Below the pieces are notes generated by a model. It saw only the letters and a program-made list of their open reading frames with translations, made no database searches and was not told the origin of the DNA. A DNA stretch of 64,000 bases. Source: Macrostomum lignano. Its lineage: Eukaryota. The stretch is from assembly GCA_002269645.1 (NCBI GenBank), contig NIVC01000513.1, forward strand, positions 1-64,000, read 5' to 3'. Positions 24,569-39,029 of this stretch are shown piece after piece. The translations under genes and the position numbers were made by a program. The stretch's first letter is position 1. Every line of letters starts with the position of its first letter.

Positions 24569-24889
24569 AACTCTTGAATCCCACTCAGCCAGCTCAAGTG
24601 CAGTTTCCTAGTCAGAATAAGGCAACAAGGAGACCCAGGGCTATGCCCTCACAAATAAGTTTCCACAGCTGAACCCACCGAAGTGCACAGAGTCTGCATG
24701 ACTGTCAATCAAATTTGCGGTTAATCTGACAGACAGACCAAGACTCAAAGAGAAGTTTTGTAGCTTCTAAAAGTGCTTTTTGTGCTGTCTGTGTTCCCGA
24801 TTCGTCGTTTGATTCTGGCTTTCTGTAAGCCTTCTTCACTCTTGCACTGTCTGCAACCGGTCTCTCGTCTCTATCTTATTGCACTGCAC

Positions 24890-25740
24890 CCTCTCTCTCT
24901 CCTCATCCTCTCTCTCCTCATCCTCTGTCTCCTCATCCTCTCTCTCCTCACCCTCTGTCTCCTTACCCTCTGTCTCCTCACCCTCTGTCTCCTCACCCTC
25001 TGTCTCCTCACCCTCTGTCTCCTCACCCTCTGTCTCCTCACCCTCTCTCTCCTCATCCTCTCTCTCCTCATCCTCTGTCTCCTCACCCTCTCTCTCCTCA
25101 TCCTCTGTCTCCTCACCCTCTCTCTCCTCACCCTGTCTCCTCACCCTCTGTCTCCTCACCCTCTGTCTCCTCACCCTCTCTCTCCTCACCCTGTCTCCTC
25201 ACCCTCTGTCTCTTTACCCTCTGTCTCCTCACCCTCTCTCTCCTCATCCTCTCTTTCCTCATCCTCTCTCTCCTCACCCTCTGTCTCCTCACCCTCTGTC
25301 TCCTCACCCTCTGTCTCCTCACCCTCTCTCTCCTCATCCTCTCTCTCCTCATCCTCTGTCTCCTCACCCTCTCTCTCCTCATCCTCTGTCTCCTCACCCT
25401 CTCTCTCCTCACCCTGTCTCCTCACCCTCTGTCTCCTCACCCTCTGTCTCCTCACCCTCTCTCTCCTCACCCTGTCTCCTCACCCTCTGTCTCTTTACCC
25501 TCTGTCTCCTCACCCTCTCTCTCCTCATCCTCTCTTTCCTCATCCTCTCTCTCCTCACCCTCTGTCTCCTCACCCTCTGTCTCCTCACCCTCTGTCTCCT
25601 CACCCTCTCTCTCCTCACCCTCTGTCTCCTCACCCTCTCTCTCCTCACCCTCTGTCTCCTCATCCTCTCTCTCCTCATCCTCTGTCTCCTCACCCTCTGT
25701 CTCCTCATCCTCTCTCTCCTCACCCTCTGTCTCCTCAGTA
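24890..25740. repeat. Pyrimidine-rich 15-bp minisatellite CTCACCCTCTGTCTC with ~281-bp higher-order duplication
   Basis: Direct reading. Identical variant strings are offset by 281 bp. Confidence 0.95.
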
Positions 25741-26603
25741 CCCTCTCTTTGCATCTCACTCTCTCTCTTTGTTTTACCCTCATTTTCTTTCTCTCTCTAC
25801 TCCTTACCTTATCTCTCCTCTCCCTGCTCATTTAGTTTTACAACCCTTTGTCTCATTCATGCAATCTATTCTCACTTTCTAAATTATCCTCATCATCAAT
25901 ACACTGGTCTCAATCTCATGCTTTATTGTTAATCCTATCAGATCTCGTGATAACCTATCGCATGCTAGACTGCATTTTTATAGAAAAAAATTCAACACAC
26001 CTGTACGTATTGTGCGTCAATAATGATTACATGTAATTACTAAATAAATATAGTAATTTGTGAAGCTTAATGAAAATTGACTATATTAAGTAATTATTTT
26101 TCTCCTTCAAATCTACCTTCGAGACTTTCAATCGGGACCATTTTCCTGGCAGGAAATGGCTGGCCGACTTGACAGTTGTCCGAGGCAGCCATCTCCACCT
26201 CTTCTTGTTACCCGCAACTAGCTGGTATTCGTGCGTCACGAGCTCTTCCAGCTTCTGTTCGACACCTTCACCTGCCAATTTGCAGGATTATAGCTATTAC
26301 TCAGTGCTTTCGTGCACTACGCTCTTCCTGACTTCAGCCGCCAAAACAATTCAATCTTAGTCTAGCCAGCGTGGACCTCTCGGAGAGGAAGATACTTGGG
26401 AATTAAGCGCGGAGCGACTTTTGAAAACTCTTGGAAACTGAGGGTGGCTGCGTCCGATGCGTTTAGCGCTCACGCAAGCATAAAAAGTTAATTTATTGAA
26501 GTAGAATTCAATGCTACTATGATGCAGGGAACTTTCAGTTAGTTAGTCAATAAAATCTCCTCTTTTCCTCGCCCTTATATTCTTCTCCCCTTCCTTCTCT
26601 CCC

Positions 26604-27110
26604 ATGTCTCCCTCTCCCCTGTCTCCCTCTCCCCTGTCTCCCTCTCCCCTGTCTCCCTCTCCCCTGTCTCCCTCTCCCCTGTCTCCCTCTCCCCTGTCTC
26701 CCTCTCCCCTGTCTCCCTCTCCCCTGTCTCCCTCTCCCCTGTCTCCCTCTCCCCTGTCTCCCTCTCCCCTGTCTCCCTCTCCCCTGTCTCCCTCTCCCCT
26801 GTCTCCCTCTCCCCTGTCTCCCTCTCCCCTGTCTCCCTCTCCCCTGTCTCCCTCTCCCCTGTCTCCCTCTCCCCTGTCTCCCTCTCCCCTGTCTCCCTCT
26901 CCCCTGTCTCCCTCTCCCCTGTCTCCCTCTCCCCTGTCTCCCTCTCCCCTGTCTCCCTCTCCCCTGTCTCCCTCTCCCCTGTCTCCCTCTCCCCTGTCTC
27001 CCTCTCTCCTGTCTCCCTCTCCCCTGTCTCCCTCTCCCCTGTCACCCTCTCCCCTGTCTCCCTCTCTCCTGTCTCCCTCTCCCCTGTCTCCCTCTCCCAT
27101 GTCTCCCTCT
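26604..27110. repeat. 15-bp minisatellite CTCTCCCCTGTCTCC
   Basis: Direct reading. Confidence 0.97.
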
Positions 27111-27949
27111 GCCTCGTCTCCTCTCCACTCTCTCCCCTCTTCCTTCCCTATCCAACTATCCTGTCTACCTCTCCTCTCTATTCTATCTCGTATTTCCTAC
27201 CCTACTGTCTCTAATCTCTTTCTCCATGCTACACTCCATCGATCTGCACTATCCCATTCGCTTACGCGAAGAAATCCTTCTAACTCAGCCCGTCCCCAGC
27301 CAGTAGGATAATAGTCAGTAGCTGCTCTCCCTGCTCCCCCGATCTTGCTCACAACTAGCCGACCCCACCCCCTGCCTCAGAGCAGGCATAATTGGTCAGT
27401 GGGAGCAGTCTGTCCTGGTCAGAGATAAGTCCGCAAAAAAATCCCCCAGAGCGATACTCGGCCGGTCCGCAAACACTGAGACTCAGTTCTGAGCAACTTC
27501 AGCTTCGCCGATAAACACGCACCCACCGCAGAAAAGTCTTCTTTCCTGTCTGATATCGCGAAATTAGAAGAGCAAAACAGGTAAGAAAATCCGGATTTAT
27601 AACTGGCTGCTTTGTTTACCTGACTGGCTGAGATTGATACGGGTGCAGCCAATTTTGTCACGGCACAGAAGAACTTGAACAATGATTGAGTGGCATATAT
27701 GTTCTGCCGTAGCGAGATTCAATAGCCATGCCAGAGTGTTTTGTCGTGTTTGTCGTGAGAGGGCTTTTGTTACTGCCGAATATCAAGGCACTGATAACTT
27801 AGGGATGCCTGCCATTTCACTCTGACCCTTGAGCACACACCCGCACAACGATGCATGCGTACTCAAGCACTCGCTCACAGAATGTACAGCGTCCCCCCCC
27901 CCGAAACAAAAATGGCAACCTGTTTTTATACTCTGAGTGTCGGCAAGGA

Positions 27950-28231
27950 TGATGCAGCGTGAAAGCTCGAGTCGACAAAATGGTGCAACAGGTCCGCTTC
28001 AACTTGTTGTCCGGACGGGTCTTTCAGCGTTCAGGTTGAGTACCGCTTCGAACAACACCGCATTCTGGTCGTCAAACAGCAGCACCGCCCCACACAAGCA
28101 AGCTTGACGGACGCAGCCGAGGTAGACGAACTGCAGATACTGCGGAAGCTACATCGCCTGCCCGTCAGCGCCTTGATGTTGTCGGACTCACAAAGCCCGA
28201 CGGTCTTCTGCGTGTTGATCACCAGGCCGAC
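27950..28231 (-). mobile_element. RTE-type RT fragment, degraded
   Basis: VGLVINTQKT followed in another frame by QFVYLG, the conserved post-YADD motifs of RTE RT. Confidence 0.65.
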
Positions 28232-28959
28232 ACTTGAGACAGGTTGGTGTCGACCCACACGTCGCCGCAGCAGAGAGCAGTCTTCGCTGGTAGGAAGATC
28301 CCAAAGAACTCCAGTAACAGTCAAATCAGCAACTTTCGCGTCACGATAAAACAAGTCGAACGTGCTATCGGCTCTAAATTCGAGAAAGAAGTGCAAACAC
28401 ACAGTCGTCGTGGTGATTTCCCGTCTGGTAGTTCCTCCGCTAACTGAAACAATCGGTAAAGGCTTTTGTACTTTAACAACACGACGGAGGTTTTGCCTGC
28501 CAGCCAGCCAGAGTTAAAAAGGAAAGCTACACATGAAACAAAGCATTGACTCAAGAAATGTCTCAAAAAGCTTGCTACTGCAGGGTGCGCCGTCCCTGCT
28601 GCCTTTGAGGCTTTTTCAACCAAGCACGAATTTTACGGTTGCCAATTTGAGCTTATCGCCCTCTGAATCATTTTCACACACGGATTCGCGTTTATAAATG
28701 AGCTCTGTGTTTGCATGTGTTTGCAAATCAGAAAGCTTTTTTGGCTCTACATATTCTACTTACTCGATTCCAACAGACTTGTTAACCATACTGAACATTG
28801 GCATTCTTTTTGCACTAGCTAACGGCTTTGCTCTTCATGCTTTGCTACTATAGTCAAAGGTGATGCAACTACAAGCATTAGGATTCTTTTTGTCAGCTTT
28901 TCGCGCATTTTTTGCGCTCGAGTGATGTCTAAAAGTAATGGGAGGGAGAAGACGATAAA

Positions 28960-29262
28960 TAAAGGGAGAAAATGAAGGGAGATAATGAAGGAATAGAACG
29001 AATAGAAAGAATGATGGGAGGGAATGAAGGGAGGGAATGACGGGAGGGAATGAAGGGAGGGAATGAAGGGAGGGAATGAAGGGAGAGAATGAAGGGAGGG
29101 AATGACGGGAGGGAATGAAGGGAGGGAATGAAGGGAGGGAATGAAGGGAGAATGAAGGGAGGGAATGAAGGGAGGGAATGAAGGGAGGGAATGAGGAGAG
29201 GGAATGAAGGGAGAGAATGAAGGGAAATCATGAATGAAGAAACTGAAGGGAGGGAATGAAGG
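28960..29262. repeat. 13-bp purine minisatellite GAAGGGAGGGAAT
   Basis: Direct reading. Confidence 0.92.
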
Positions 29263-29974
29263 GAGGCCAGAGAGACAAAATCAGCGCAAAAGTCAAGCCC
29301 TTTATCCCTCGCCAGGTGAAAACATGCAAGTTTTAGAAAGTCTAATGCCCCAAAAAATGATTCTGAAAGCACAGAAGAAGACAGAGAAAGCAAGGATGAA
29401 ACGAGTCGATGAGGTTTCTCGTTGCTAAGCGGAGATATGCGGATGATCAGATAGATAGATCTTCTGCAAAGCCATGCATTGAAGCCTTAATAAAACAGCT
29501 GAATTTCTTGTCACAAAGCGGAGCTCGATAACCTTGAAGACAATTCAACATCGATTCATATGTAATCGCGATGTACACAGAATCTCTGTCTGTCGGTAAA
29601 ATCGGGAAACAAAATCCTTTTACTCGCGACCGTATCTTATTGATGTGAGATTTACTAATTTAACTCTGGTTGAGGCGGCTCTTCGATTTTTTCCTGTGCC
29701 CATTTGCTGCCATAAGCAGAGAGCGCGGCATCCTTTGCGAGGCTGAGGTTTGCGCAGCTGGCCGAACAAAGGTGTACTTTTATCGATTTTCTGTCCGTCG
29801 CAGCGAGCATTCGAAAGGTGGTGCTGATGTTTATCTTCCAGTCTGACCGCCTCACGCATCTGTCATGGACTGAGTAGAGAGAAGCTGAGCGGGAGCTGGA
29901 AGGGATGATTAATTGCAAGATATCTCCCTGACTCGGTGTTTGTCTTTCTCTGTGTGTCGCTGTGTCTGCCTGTC

Positions 29975-31255
29975 TGTCCATCTCTGTCTGTCTGTCTTTG
30001 TGACTTTCTGTCCATCTGTGTCTGTCTGTCTTTGTGACTTTCTGTCCATCTGTGTCTGCCTGTCTTTGTGACTTTCTGTCCATCTGTGTCTGCGTGTCTT
30101 TGTGACTTTCTGTCCATCTGTGTCTGCGTGTCTTTGTGACTTTCTGTCCATCTGTGTCTGCGTGTCTTTGTGACTTTCTGTCCATCTGTGTCTGTCTGTC
30201 TTTGTGACTTTCTGTCCATCTGTGTCTGCCTGTCTTTGTGACTTTCTGTCCATCTGTGTCTGCGTGTCTTTGTGACTTTCTGTCCATCTGTGTCTGTCTG
30301 TCTTTGTGACTTTCTGTCCATCTGTGTCTGCCTGTCTTTGTGACTTTCTGTCCATCTGTGTCTGCGTGTCTTTGTGACTTTCTGTTCATCTGTGTCTGTC
30401 TGTCTTTGTGACTTTCTGTCCATCTGTGTCTGCCTGTCTTTGTGACTTTCTGTCCATCTGTGTCTGCGTGTCTTTGTGACTTTCTGTCCATCTGTGTCTG
30501 TCTGTCTTTGTGACTTTCTGTCCATCTGTGTCTGCCTGTCTTTGTGACTTTCTGTCCATCTGTGTCTGTCTGTCTTTGTGACTTTCTGTCCATCTGTGTC
30601 TGCCTGTCTTTGTGACTTTCTGTTCATCTGTGTCTGTCTGTCTTTGTGACTTTCTGTTCATCTGTGTCTGCCTGTCTTTGTGACTTTCTGTCCATCTGTG
30701 TCTGCCTGTCTTTGTGACTTTCTGTTCATCTGTGTCTGTCTGTCTTTGTGACTTTCTGTTCATCTGTGTCTGCCTGTCTTTGTGACTTTCTGTTCATCTG
30801 TGTCTGCCTGTATTTGTGACTTTCTGCCCATCTGTGTCTGCCTGTCTTTGTGACTTTCTGTCCCTCTATGTCTGCCTCTTTTTGTGACTTTCTGTCCCTC
30901 TATGTCTGCCTCTTTTTGTGACTTTCTGTCCTTCTATGTCTGCCTCTTTTTGTGACTTTCTGTCCCTCTATGTCTGCCTCTTTTTGTGACTTTCTGTCCC
31001 TCTATGTCTGCCTCTTTTTGTGACTTTCTGTCCCTCTATGTCTGCCTCTTTTTGTGAATTTCTGTCCCTCTATGTCTGCCTCTTTTTGTGACTTTCTATT
31101 CCTCTATGTCTGCCTCTTTTTGTGACTTTCTGTCCCTCTATGTCTGCCTCTTTTTGTGACTTTCTGTCCCTCTATGTCTGCCTCTTTTTGTGAATTTCTA
31201 TTCCTCTATGTCTGCCTCTTTTTGTGACTTTCTGTCCTTCTATGTCTGCCTGTCT
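29975..31255. repeat. 34-bp minisatellite GTGACTTTCTGTCCATCTGTGTCTGCCTGTCTTT with a variant block from ~30860
   Basis: Direct reading. The right third uses GTGACTTTCTGTCCCTCTATGTCTGCCTCTTTTT. Confidence 0.96.
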
Positions 31256-31643
31256 TTGAAATGAGGAGGGGGCACAAAAAAGTTAGCAGCTTAGGGGCGC
31301 AGAGAGAGACTGACAGTCAGAGATTACTCATCGATGCAAGTGCACCTGGGCGCAATAGTATATGATTGTCGCGGTGTCTGACCGTCTTTGCTTCAGTCTG
31401 TCTTCCTTAAGGTTTTTTCACACCGCCATGAAAAGAGGCCAATGTTCGTGTGATCACACGTGCAGTTTTTGCATAGCCTTTTGTCACTTTAGTCATGATT
31501 ATAATAATTTGACTAAAGTCCAATTATTAGAAATTAGAACATTAGAATATTAGAACAGATTAGAACATTAGTCATAATTTGAATGTAAGACTTTCTGTCT
31601 GTCAATAAATGCTTTACTTCCTCACGATTGCACAGATCGCAGC

Positions 31644-33290
31644 ATGGACGCGCACCAGTTCCAGGACCTCTCGGAGATGATGCAACTCCGCAGGCGCAGT
31701 CAGAGCATCTCCACGCCTGTGCTCATCACCATCACTCTGTGGCTGGTTGTCATCTCTGTGCTCGGCATCGTGGGCAACAGTCTGGTTATCATGTTCTTCT
31801 CGCGCAGTCTCAAAGATCTGCCCCAGAATGTCTACGTGATCGCTCTGGCCGCTCTCGACCTGGTCGTGTGCGCCGTCGTGATTCCGTCCACGATCTACCA
31901 GGACGTGTGGCTGGAGTCCAGCAGCGACCTGGCCTGCAAACTGTTCAACGTCCTGCGCTACTCCTTGGTGCCCTCGTCGGCGTTCCTGCTCTGCCTGATC
32001 TCCATTGATCGATTCGTCATAATCTGCTTTGTGCCGGGCATCCAGTCCACAAGGAAGAACTCGCTGCTGTACATCGCTCTGGTGCTGCTTCTCGGCTTCG
32101 CTCTGGGCGCGCCGGGTGGCCTCACCACGGGAGCCAGCGTCCGCATCGCCTTCGACGCCAATCTGAGCAGCAGGCTGAGCGGCGGCGACTTTGGGGTCAC
32201 TCACTGCACCACAGATTACAGCATCGTGTCCGAGTCCGTCTACAAAGTCTACCGAACGGTGCTGACAGTGATCTTCTCCATAATGCTGCTGCTCCTAGTT
32301 TTCTTCTACGCCAACATTTTCTGCTTCGTTCGGAAGCGACAGCTGCGCTGGGACAAGTCGCGGAACTACGTGGCGGCCAAGATGAAGCAGCGAGCCGACA
32401 GAGTCGAAGAGGTCGGCGGCAGGGGCGCCGGGCGAAGGTGGCTGCCGAATCGCCGGTGGAGCAGCGGAGGCGGCGGCGGACGCAGATCTCGCCGGCTGCT
32501 GTCTGTTGGCCGCCTAGACGAGGTCACCGAGGTGACCAGCTACGTCGACGCCAGAAGAACGTCTGGCATCGTCAGTCAGCCGCCAGAAGCAGCTGCAGAG
32601 CCGCTGCAGTGTCTCGAGACCGACATCGATGAAGCTCTGGCCGCTGATTCCGAGAGCGCCATCAAGAACGGTCGCCAGAAGCGAATCTCCGAAGTCTCAA
32701 ACGAAGCCGAACAAGCCGGCGAAGCGATCGAACTCAGCGCGATGCTGACTCCAACTTTCGCCGATGAAGATGCTGCCGATGACGTCAGACCCGAAAGAAT
32801 CAACTCAGTGGCCTCGGAGCATCTGACTTTGGCCCAGCAGGACCTGGCGGAGCGGACAAGGAAGCGGCCGCACATCAAGACGGCCAAGGTACTCAGCGTC
32901 ATCACGTTCTTCTACGTATTGTCCTATCTGCCCTTCTTTCTGGTGTACAATTTTAACAAATCGGTGAGCGAAGGCGTCTCTGGCAAGTTCTTTGTCGAGA
33001 CTGGCAACGCCTCGATTTTATCCGGACCTGGCGATGGGTGGCGGCCAACTTTTCCCGGAAATCATAATTTTACCCCATTCGAGACTGCGCTCGATTCTCG
33101 CCAGCCTGTCGGGGCGCAGAACGCGGGCGATGCCGACGCCGGCTGGGGCTACAAACAGGCGGTGAAGGTGATGTTCTATTTCTACTTCATCAATCACGGA
33201 GCCAACCCGCTGATCTACGGCTGCATGAACACCTACTTCAAGCAGCAGGTGTGCGCTCTGATCGGCTCCTTCAGGTGTCGGAGAAGATGA
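31644..33290 (+). CDS. Rhodopsin-family (class A) GPCR, 548 aa, intronless CDS, neuropeptide-receptor-like orphan
   Basis: Seven hydrophobic segments: GN in TM1, LAALDL in TM2, C..DRF at TM3, SYLPFF in TM6, NPLIY in TM7. GC-rich codon usage and a clean ORF. Confidence 0.93.
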   Translation: MDAHQFQDLSEMMQLRRRSQSISTPVLITITLWLVVISVLGIVGNSLVIMFFSRSLKDLPQNVYVIALAALDLVVCAVVIPSTIYQDVWLESSSDLACKLFNVLRYSLVPSSAFLLCLISIDRFVIICFVPGIQSTRKNSLLYIALVLLLGFALGAPGGLTTGASVRIAFDANLSSRLSGGDFGVTHCTTDYSIVSESVYKVYRTVLTVIFSIMLLLLVFFYANIFCFVRKRQLRWDKSRNYVAAKMKQRADRVEEVGGRGAGRRWLPNRRWSSGGGGGRRSRRLLSVGRLDEVTEVTSYVDARRTSGIVSQPPEAAAEPLQCLETDIDEALAADSESAIKNGRQKRISEVSNEAEQAGEAIELSAMLTPTFADEDAADDVRPERINSVASEHLTLAQQDLAERTRKRPHIKTAKVLSVITFFYVLSYLPFFLVYNFNKSVSEGVSGKFFVETGNASILSGPGDGWRPTFPGNHNFTPFETALDSRQPVGAQNAGDADAGWGYKQAVKVMFYFYFINHGANPLIYGCMNTYFKQQVCALIGSFRCRRR

Positions 33291-33884
33291 CGCCAAGGAG
33301 GCAGAATCTACAAGTATTTGATGTTACCATGTTCAACATGACTTGTAGCAAAAGCACTTCAACCCGCTTGACTTCAACCACCATTTTAACACAGCATAAG
33401 GCTATTTAAGAAGATAAACAAGAGAGCTTAAAGACATGTTTAACACAGGTATTGGCACTACGAGTTATGTACTTTTAACACAGAAGTGTTAGCACCATGT
33501 ACTATAAACAGAAACTGGAACCACATACTTTTTAATACAGTTTTAACAGCGAATCAAAGACAGGCCTGTCTTCATTATGACCTCTTTTTTTCAACTCATT
33601 CAACTTATCCTATGCATGTTAATTTTTGTCCATTATCGATTCTTCATCCCCATACCCATCCCCAAATTAAAGTACATGCTCTGGCGTATTTATTTTTTAC
33701 ACTAATAACAAATATGCTCTAAAGGTCACCGTATTGTAAACAATCGTTTAAAAATACTTTGTTGTGTTGATTTGAAAAATGAAAAAAATTGTAATTCACG
33801 AATAATAGCTATAAATGTGTGATTCTGTGCGCTTCCACTTTTTGATTAATCTCATAAGTTGTTATCTTAACCTTATGTGCTTGT

Positions 33885-35445
<1,561 letters not shown>

Positions 35446-36339
35446 CCGCCTTGTTGTCCATTTAAAATATTTCATTGAGGAATTATTTGGTTAATTTTTA
35501 TCCCGCAAAGCAACACAGAAATTTCTGTAAACTCAGTAAAAATATTTTGTCCAATAATTTTGCAACAAGTAATAAAATAACGGCTATCTTGATAAATAAT
35601 TTGCGAAAAATTTCATCTCGTATCATATAATTTTTGAGGGATTCTCTTGTGTTTTCAAATTGACTTGAGACTTCACATGCGATCAATTAACATTCGAATT
35701 TAAACAAAAACAAATTTTCATAATAGATTGGCGTCAGTTCATAGCAGCCGTTTGAAAACATTAAAGTACAATCCATTATAAACCTAACTTTATTTACAAC
35801 CAGTTTCCATAACTGAGCTCACAATCATGAGCTGCTTATGCAATAAAATATTTATAAAGCGCCCCATTTCTGGTTGAAGAAACTGTGACCCAAAACGGTG
35901 CCAGATTGAGACAACAAATCAAGTCTTGACATAAAATAGAATTATAAATAATAATAAATACGATCGAAAATAGAAGATTGATTTGAGGCTAACCGACAGT
36001 GCTGCTGGGTAGATTTCGCGGTCGTGCATATTTCCTAGAATGGAAGAATTAATCACTCCCCAGGCCAGTCTGACCAGTTTACTGGGTTTTGGATCAAAGG
36101 CTTTATGCCGACTATTTTTCTCAAATCCTCGCCATTGAGAGATTTATCAAATTTGTGGATTTTCGCCTTGCAGAGGTCCGCGGAATCCCGGAGCTGAAGA
36201 TCTGGTTATGAAGATGTGTGACCAATTTTTTTTATAAACAGAGGTTGTCTGAGAAGTTCTTCCAACTTTGGTACCGCCTCAGTGTGGTGCATTTCTTCTT
36301 TGCAATGACTTTAGAAAGAATAGTTCAATCATACCTTAC

Positions 36340-36820
36340 CCAGCACCAGGGGCGCCAGCACCAGGGGCGCCAGCACCAGGGGCGCCAGCACCAGGGGCGC
36401 CAGCACCAGGGGCGCCAGCACCAGGGGCGCCAGCACCAGGGGCGCCAGCACCAGGGGCGCCAGCACCAGGGGCGCCAGCACCAGGGGCGCCAGCACCAGG
36501 GGCGCCAGCACCAGGGGCGCCAGCACCAGGGGCGCCAGCACCAGGGGCGCCAGCACCAGGGGCGCCAGCACCAGGGGCGCCAGCACCAGGGGCGCCAGCA
36601 CCAGGGGCGCCAGCACCAGGGGCGCCAGCACCAGGGGCGCCAGCACCAGGGGCGCCAGCACCAGGGGCGCCAGCACCAGGGGCGCCAGCACCAGGGGCGC
36701 CAGCACCAGGGGCGCCAGCACCAGGGGCGCCAGCACCAGGGGCTCCAGCACCAGGGCGCCAGCACCAAGGGGCGCCAGCACCAAGGGGCGCCAGCACCAA
36801 GGGGCGCTAGCACCAAAGGG
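36340..36820. repeat. 15/16-bp minisatellite CCAGCACCA(A)GGGGCG
   Basis: Direct reading. It switches to a 16-bp unit at the right end. Confidence 0.97.
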
Positions 36821-37354
36821 GAAGGTTTCTGCTTAATTATTATTCAGCGAGTTACAGCTACCTGGACGAGTTTCCTTATTTGGCCAGCCAGTTTCCAAAC
36901 CAGATGCTGCACCTAGAAGTCCATGACTCTGACGAAAGACAGCAAACTTGTCAGCCAGCCAACTGGTCACGGCGAGATCAAAGCAAATACAATACGATGT
37001 TTGCCCCGCGGTGGTTCGAGTTCGAAATTTTCCGAACTTATTGCCTCAACCAGTTGAACCCGAGTTGACTTGGCACTTCACAACTTGACAGGGCAGGAAT
37101 TATCCCAGAGTTGGGGCCGGTTTATTGCAGCTGCGCCTGCGAGGTTCGAATTGAGCAGCCACCCTTGGGACAATTTATTTATGCTGCTTATTTCGGGGGA
37201 AACTCGGGCATAGTAGTTTACCGTGAGTAAAAATTGCAAATATATGCAGATTTCTTGCTCTCTGGTGCGCGTAAGTTCAAAATGTGTTATTGCACTAATT
37301 CTTGAATTATTAAGACTTCTCACCGATCAAAAATACCACTGCCGACCCTCAAAC

Positions 37355-37540
37355 CTTCAGATGCCAAGGCTCATGGGAAATTACTCAGATACTTTAGATG
37401 CCAAGGCTCATGGGGAATTACTTAGATACTTTAGATGCCAAGGCTCATGGGGAATTACTTAGATACTTTAGATGCCAAGGCTCATGGGGAATTACTTAGA
37501 TACTTTAGATGCCAAGGCTCATGGGGAATTACTTAGACAG
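37355..37540. repeat. 37-bp repeat GATGCCAAGGCTCATGGGGAATTACTTAGATACTTTA, ~4.5 copies
   Basis: Direct reading. Confidence 0.93.
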
Positions 37541-39029
37541 ATGCTAAGGAATCCAAGGGCCTCTGCGTCATGCATATTTACTGTTTGCTTGCAAAGTCCC
37601 AAGACTCTAATGCTGTAATCTCTGTACATATCGAAGAAAATCCCAAATTACTTCATCCAACGATAATTATAAGCGAGGAACTTGCATAATCGAGAGTAGA
37701 TATTAGTAACTTTGAGATGTTTTGCACCTGCTAGTCGCTTAAAATGAAAGATGTCTGAGTCGATACAGCACCGCGAGGCAGATATTCGCTAATTGCTGAA
37801 ATATCTCCTCTGCACCGTGACCTCCTCTTCATCTAGACTCGAATCAGCCCGAATGCGTGACTAATTGAATGCAGCAATGTTTTTTCCTCGGGGGCACGTG
37901 TGGAGGACTTGGGACTCTATATAAGCATGATTACTGCGAACGCGGTTTTCAGGTTTAATGGTGAAGTTGCCAATCACCTCAAAAACATTCTACAATTGTA
38001 ACAAATTACTTACTGAGACAGAATATTCGTTGTTTACAAATTCTACCCTACTTTCTAACCTTAATGTACATTAAACGAAAATGTACACTCACGGATTAAA
38101 TTAGTAGACTGCCCCTAAAACTTCTGAATGTACATTCCTTTTTTTCGCGCGCACCCGCCACCCCACCCTGGGCCTGTCAACTGTACTTTAACTTCTTATC
38201 TTTGCCCTGCTGAGTGTACATTCAAAAGCGCCTGTCGTTTTTCTTTTTTAGTGTAAAGTTAGGCGGGCACTTAACTACCAGCACTGCAGGTTAAGCAGAG
38301 TTGACTTTGGTTAGTCAAAGTTTCGATGATGTGAAGTTCGAAACTTATAAAGGGGACCTCAATGTAAGCCTCTATAACATTTCAGGCATCCAATATCCTA
38401 CAAAGCAATTCGACACCAGAGCTCCTGTGCAGGATTTCTCGGACAAAAATCTCTCTACAGCCGGAATGAATTTGCATACACTATGCTCGTAGAATCTAGA
38501 TAAGAGATAAAAGACCGTCTGGAGTGCTCTTCAACTCAGAAAATGTGCTCCGCAGAAAAAAACTGTCCAGTACCAACAAGTGTCTCTGTGTACGATGAAG
38601 TCGCTATTGATGAACACAGTTGATGAATAATAAACTATCCCCCAAGCCGATCTTGTCAAAGCAGTCCGACTCGCTTTGGGAATAATTTCCCAGCTCGAAA
38701 ATAGAAGCAAAGAACCGTCCAATGATATGAGTAAATTCATAAGCTTGGCCTAATTAGATTAGTTAATCACAAGTTTCGCTCTTAGCTTTTCTGATAAAAC
38801 AACGCACGCAACAGGACAAACTTCCATATATGGAAGTCCTTGAATTTGCACGGCAAACTTCTTTGAGGCCGCTCAAAGACAAAGTCATATGGGATTCTTG
38901 ACGCAGAGGTAGCTTCACATTATTTTTTGAATTTCAGCACCTAATTAAATTTATTTAAGGCAAAAAATCTATTTGCTTTAAACTTGATTCAATTTTGTCT
39001 CTTGTTATCTCTTTCGATCAGAGAGATTG

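Larger units (their letters stand above)
27400..29900 (+). mobile_element. Possible highly degraded LINE remnants
   Basis: Scattered, stop-interrupted peptides in LINE order: KLEEQNR (ORF1-like, ~27570), FRVTIKQVERAI (~28335) and AMYTESLSVGKIG..PF (RT-like, ~29570). No YADD motif was seen. Confidence 0.3.

Noticed and set aside
24700-24850. Minus-strand VKKAYRK peptide resembling a DnaJ helix
   Set aside because: There is no HPD motif, the frame has stops, and the match is too short.
37140-37155. GGTTCGAAT B-box-like motifs (also near 22010 and 49672)
   Set aside because: No A-box at proper spacing and no cloverleaf, so these are not tRNA or SINE.
38630-38760. ADLVKAVRLALGIISQLENR, vaguely like a hAT transposase helix
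   Set aside because: No other transposase motifs or TIRs are present and the surrounding frames are closed.
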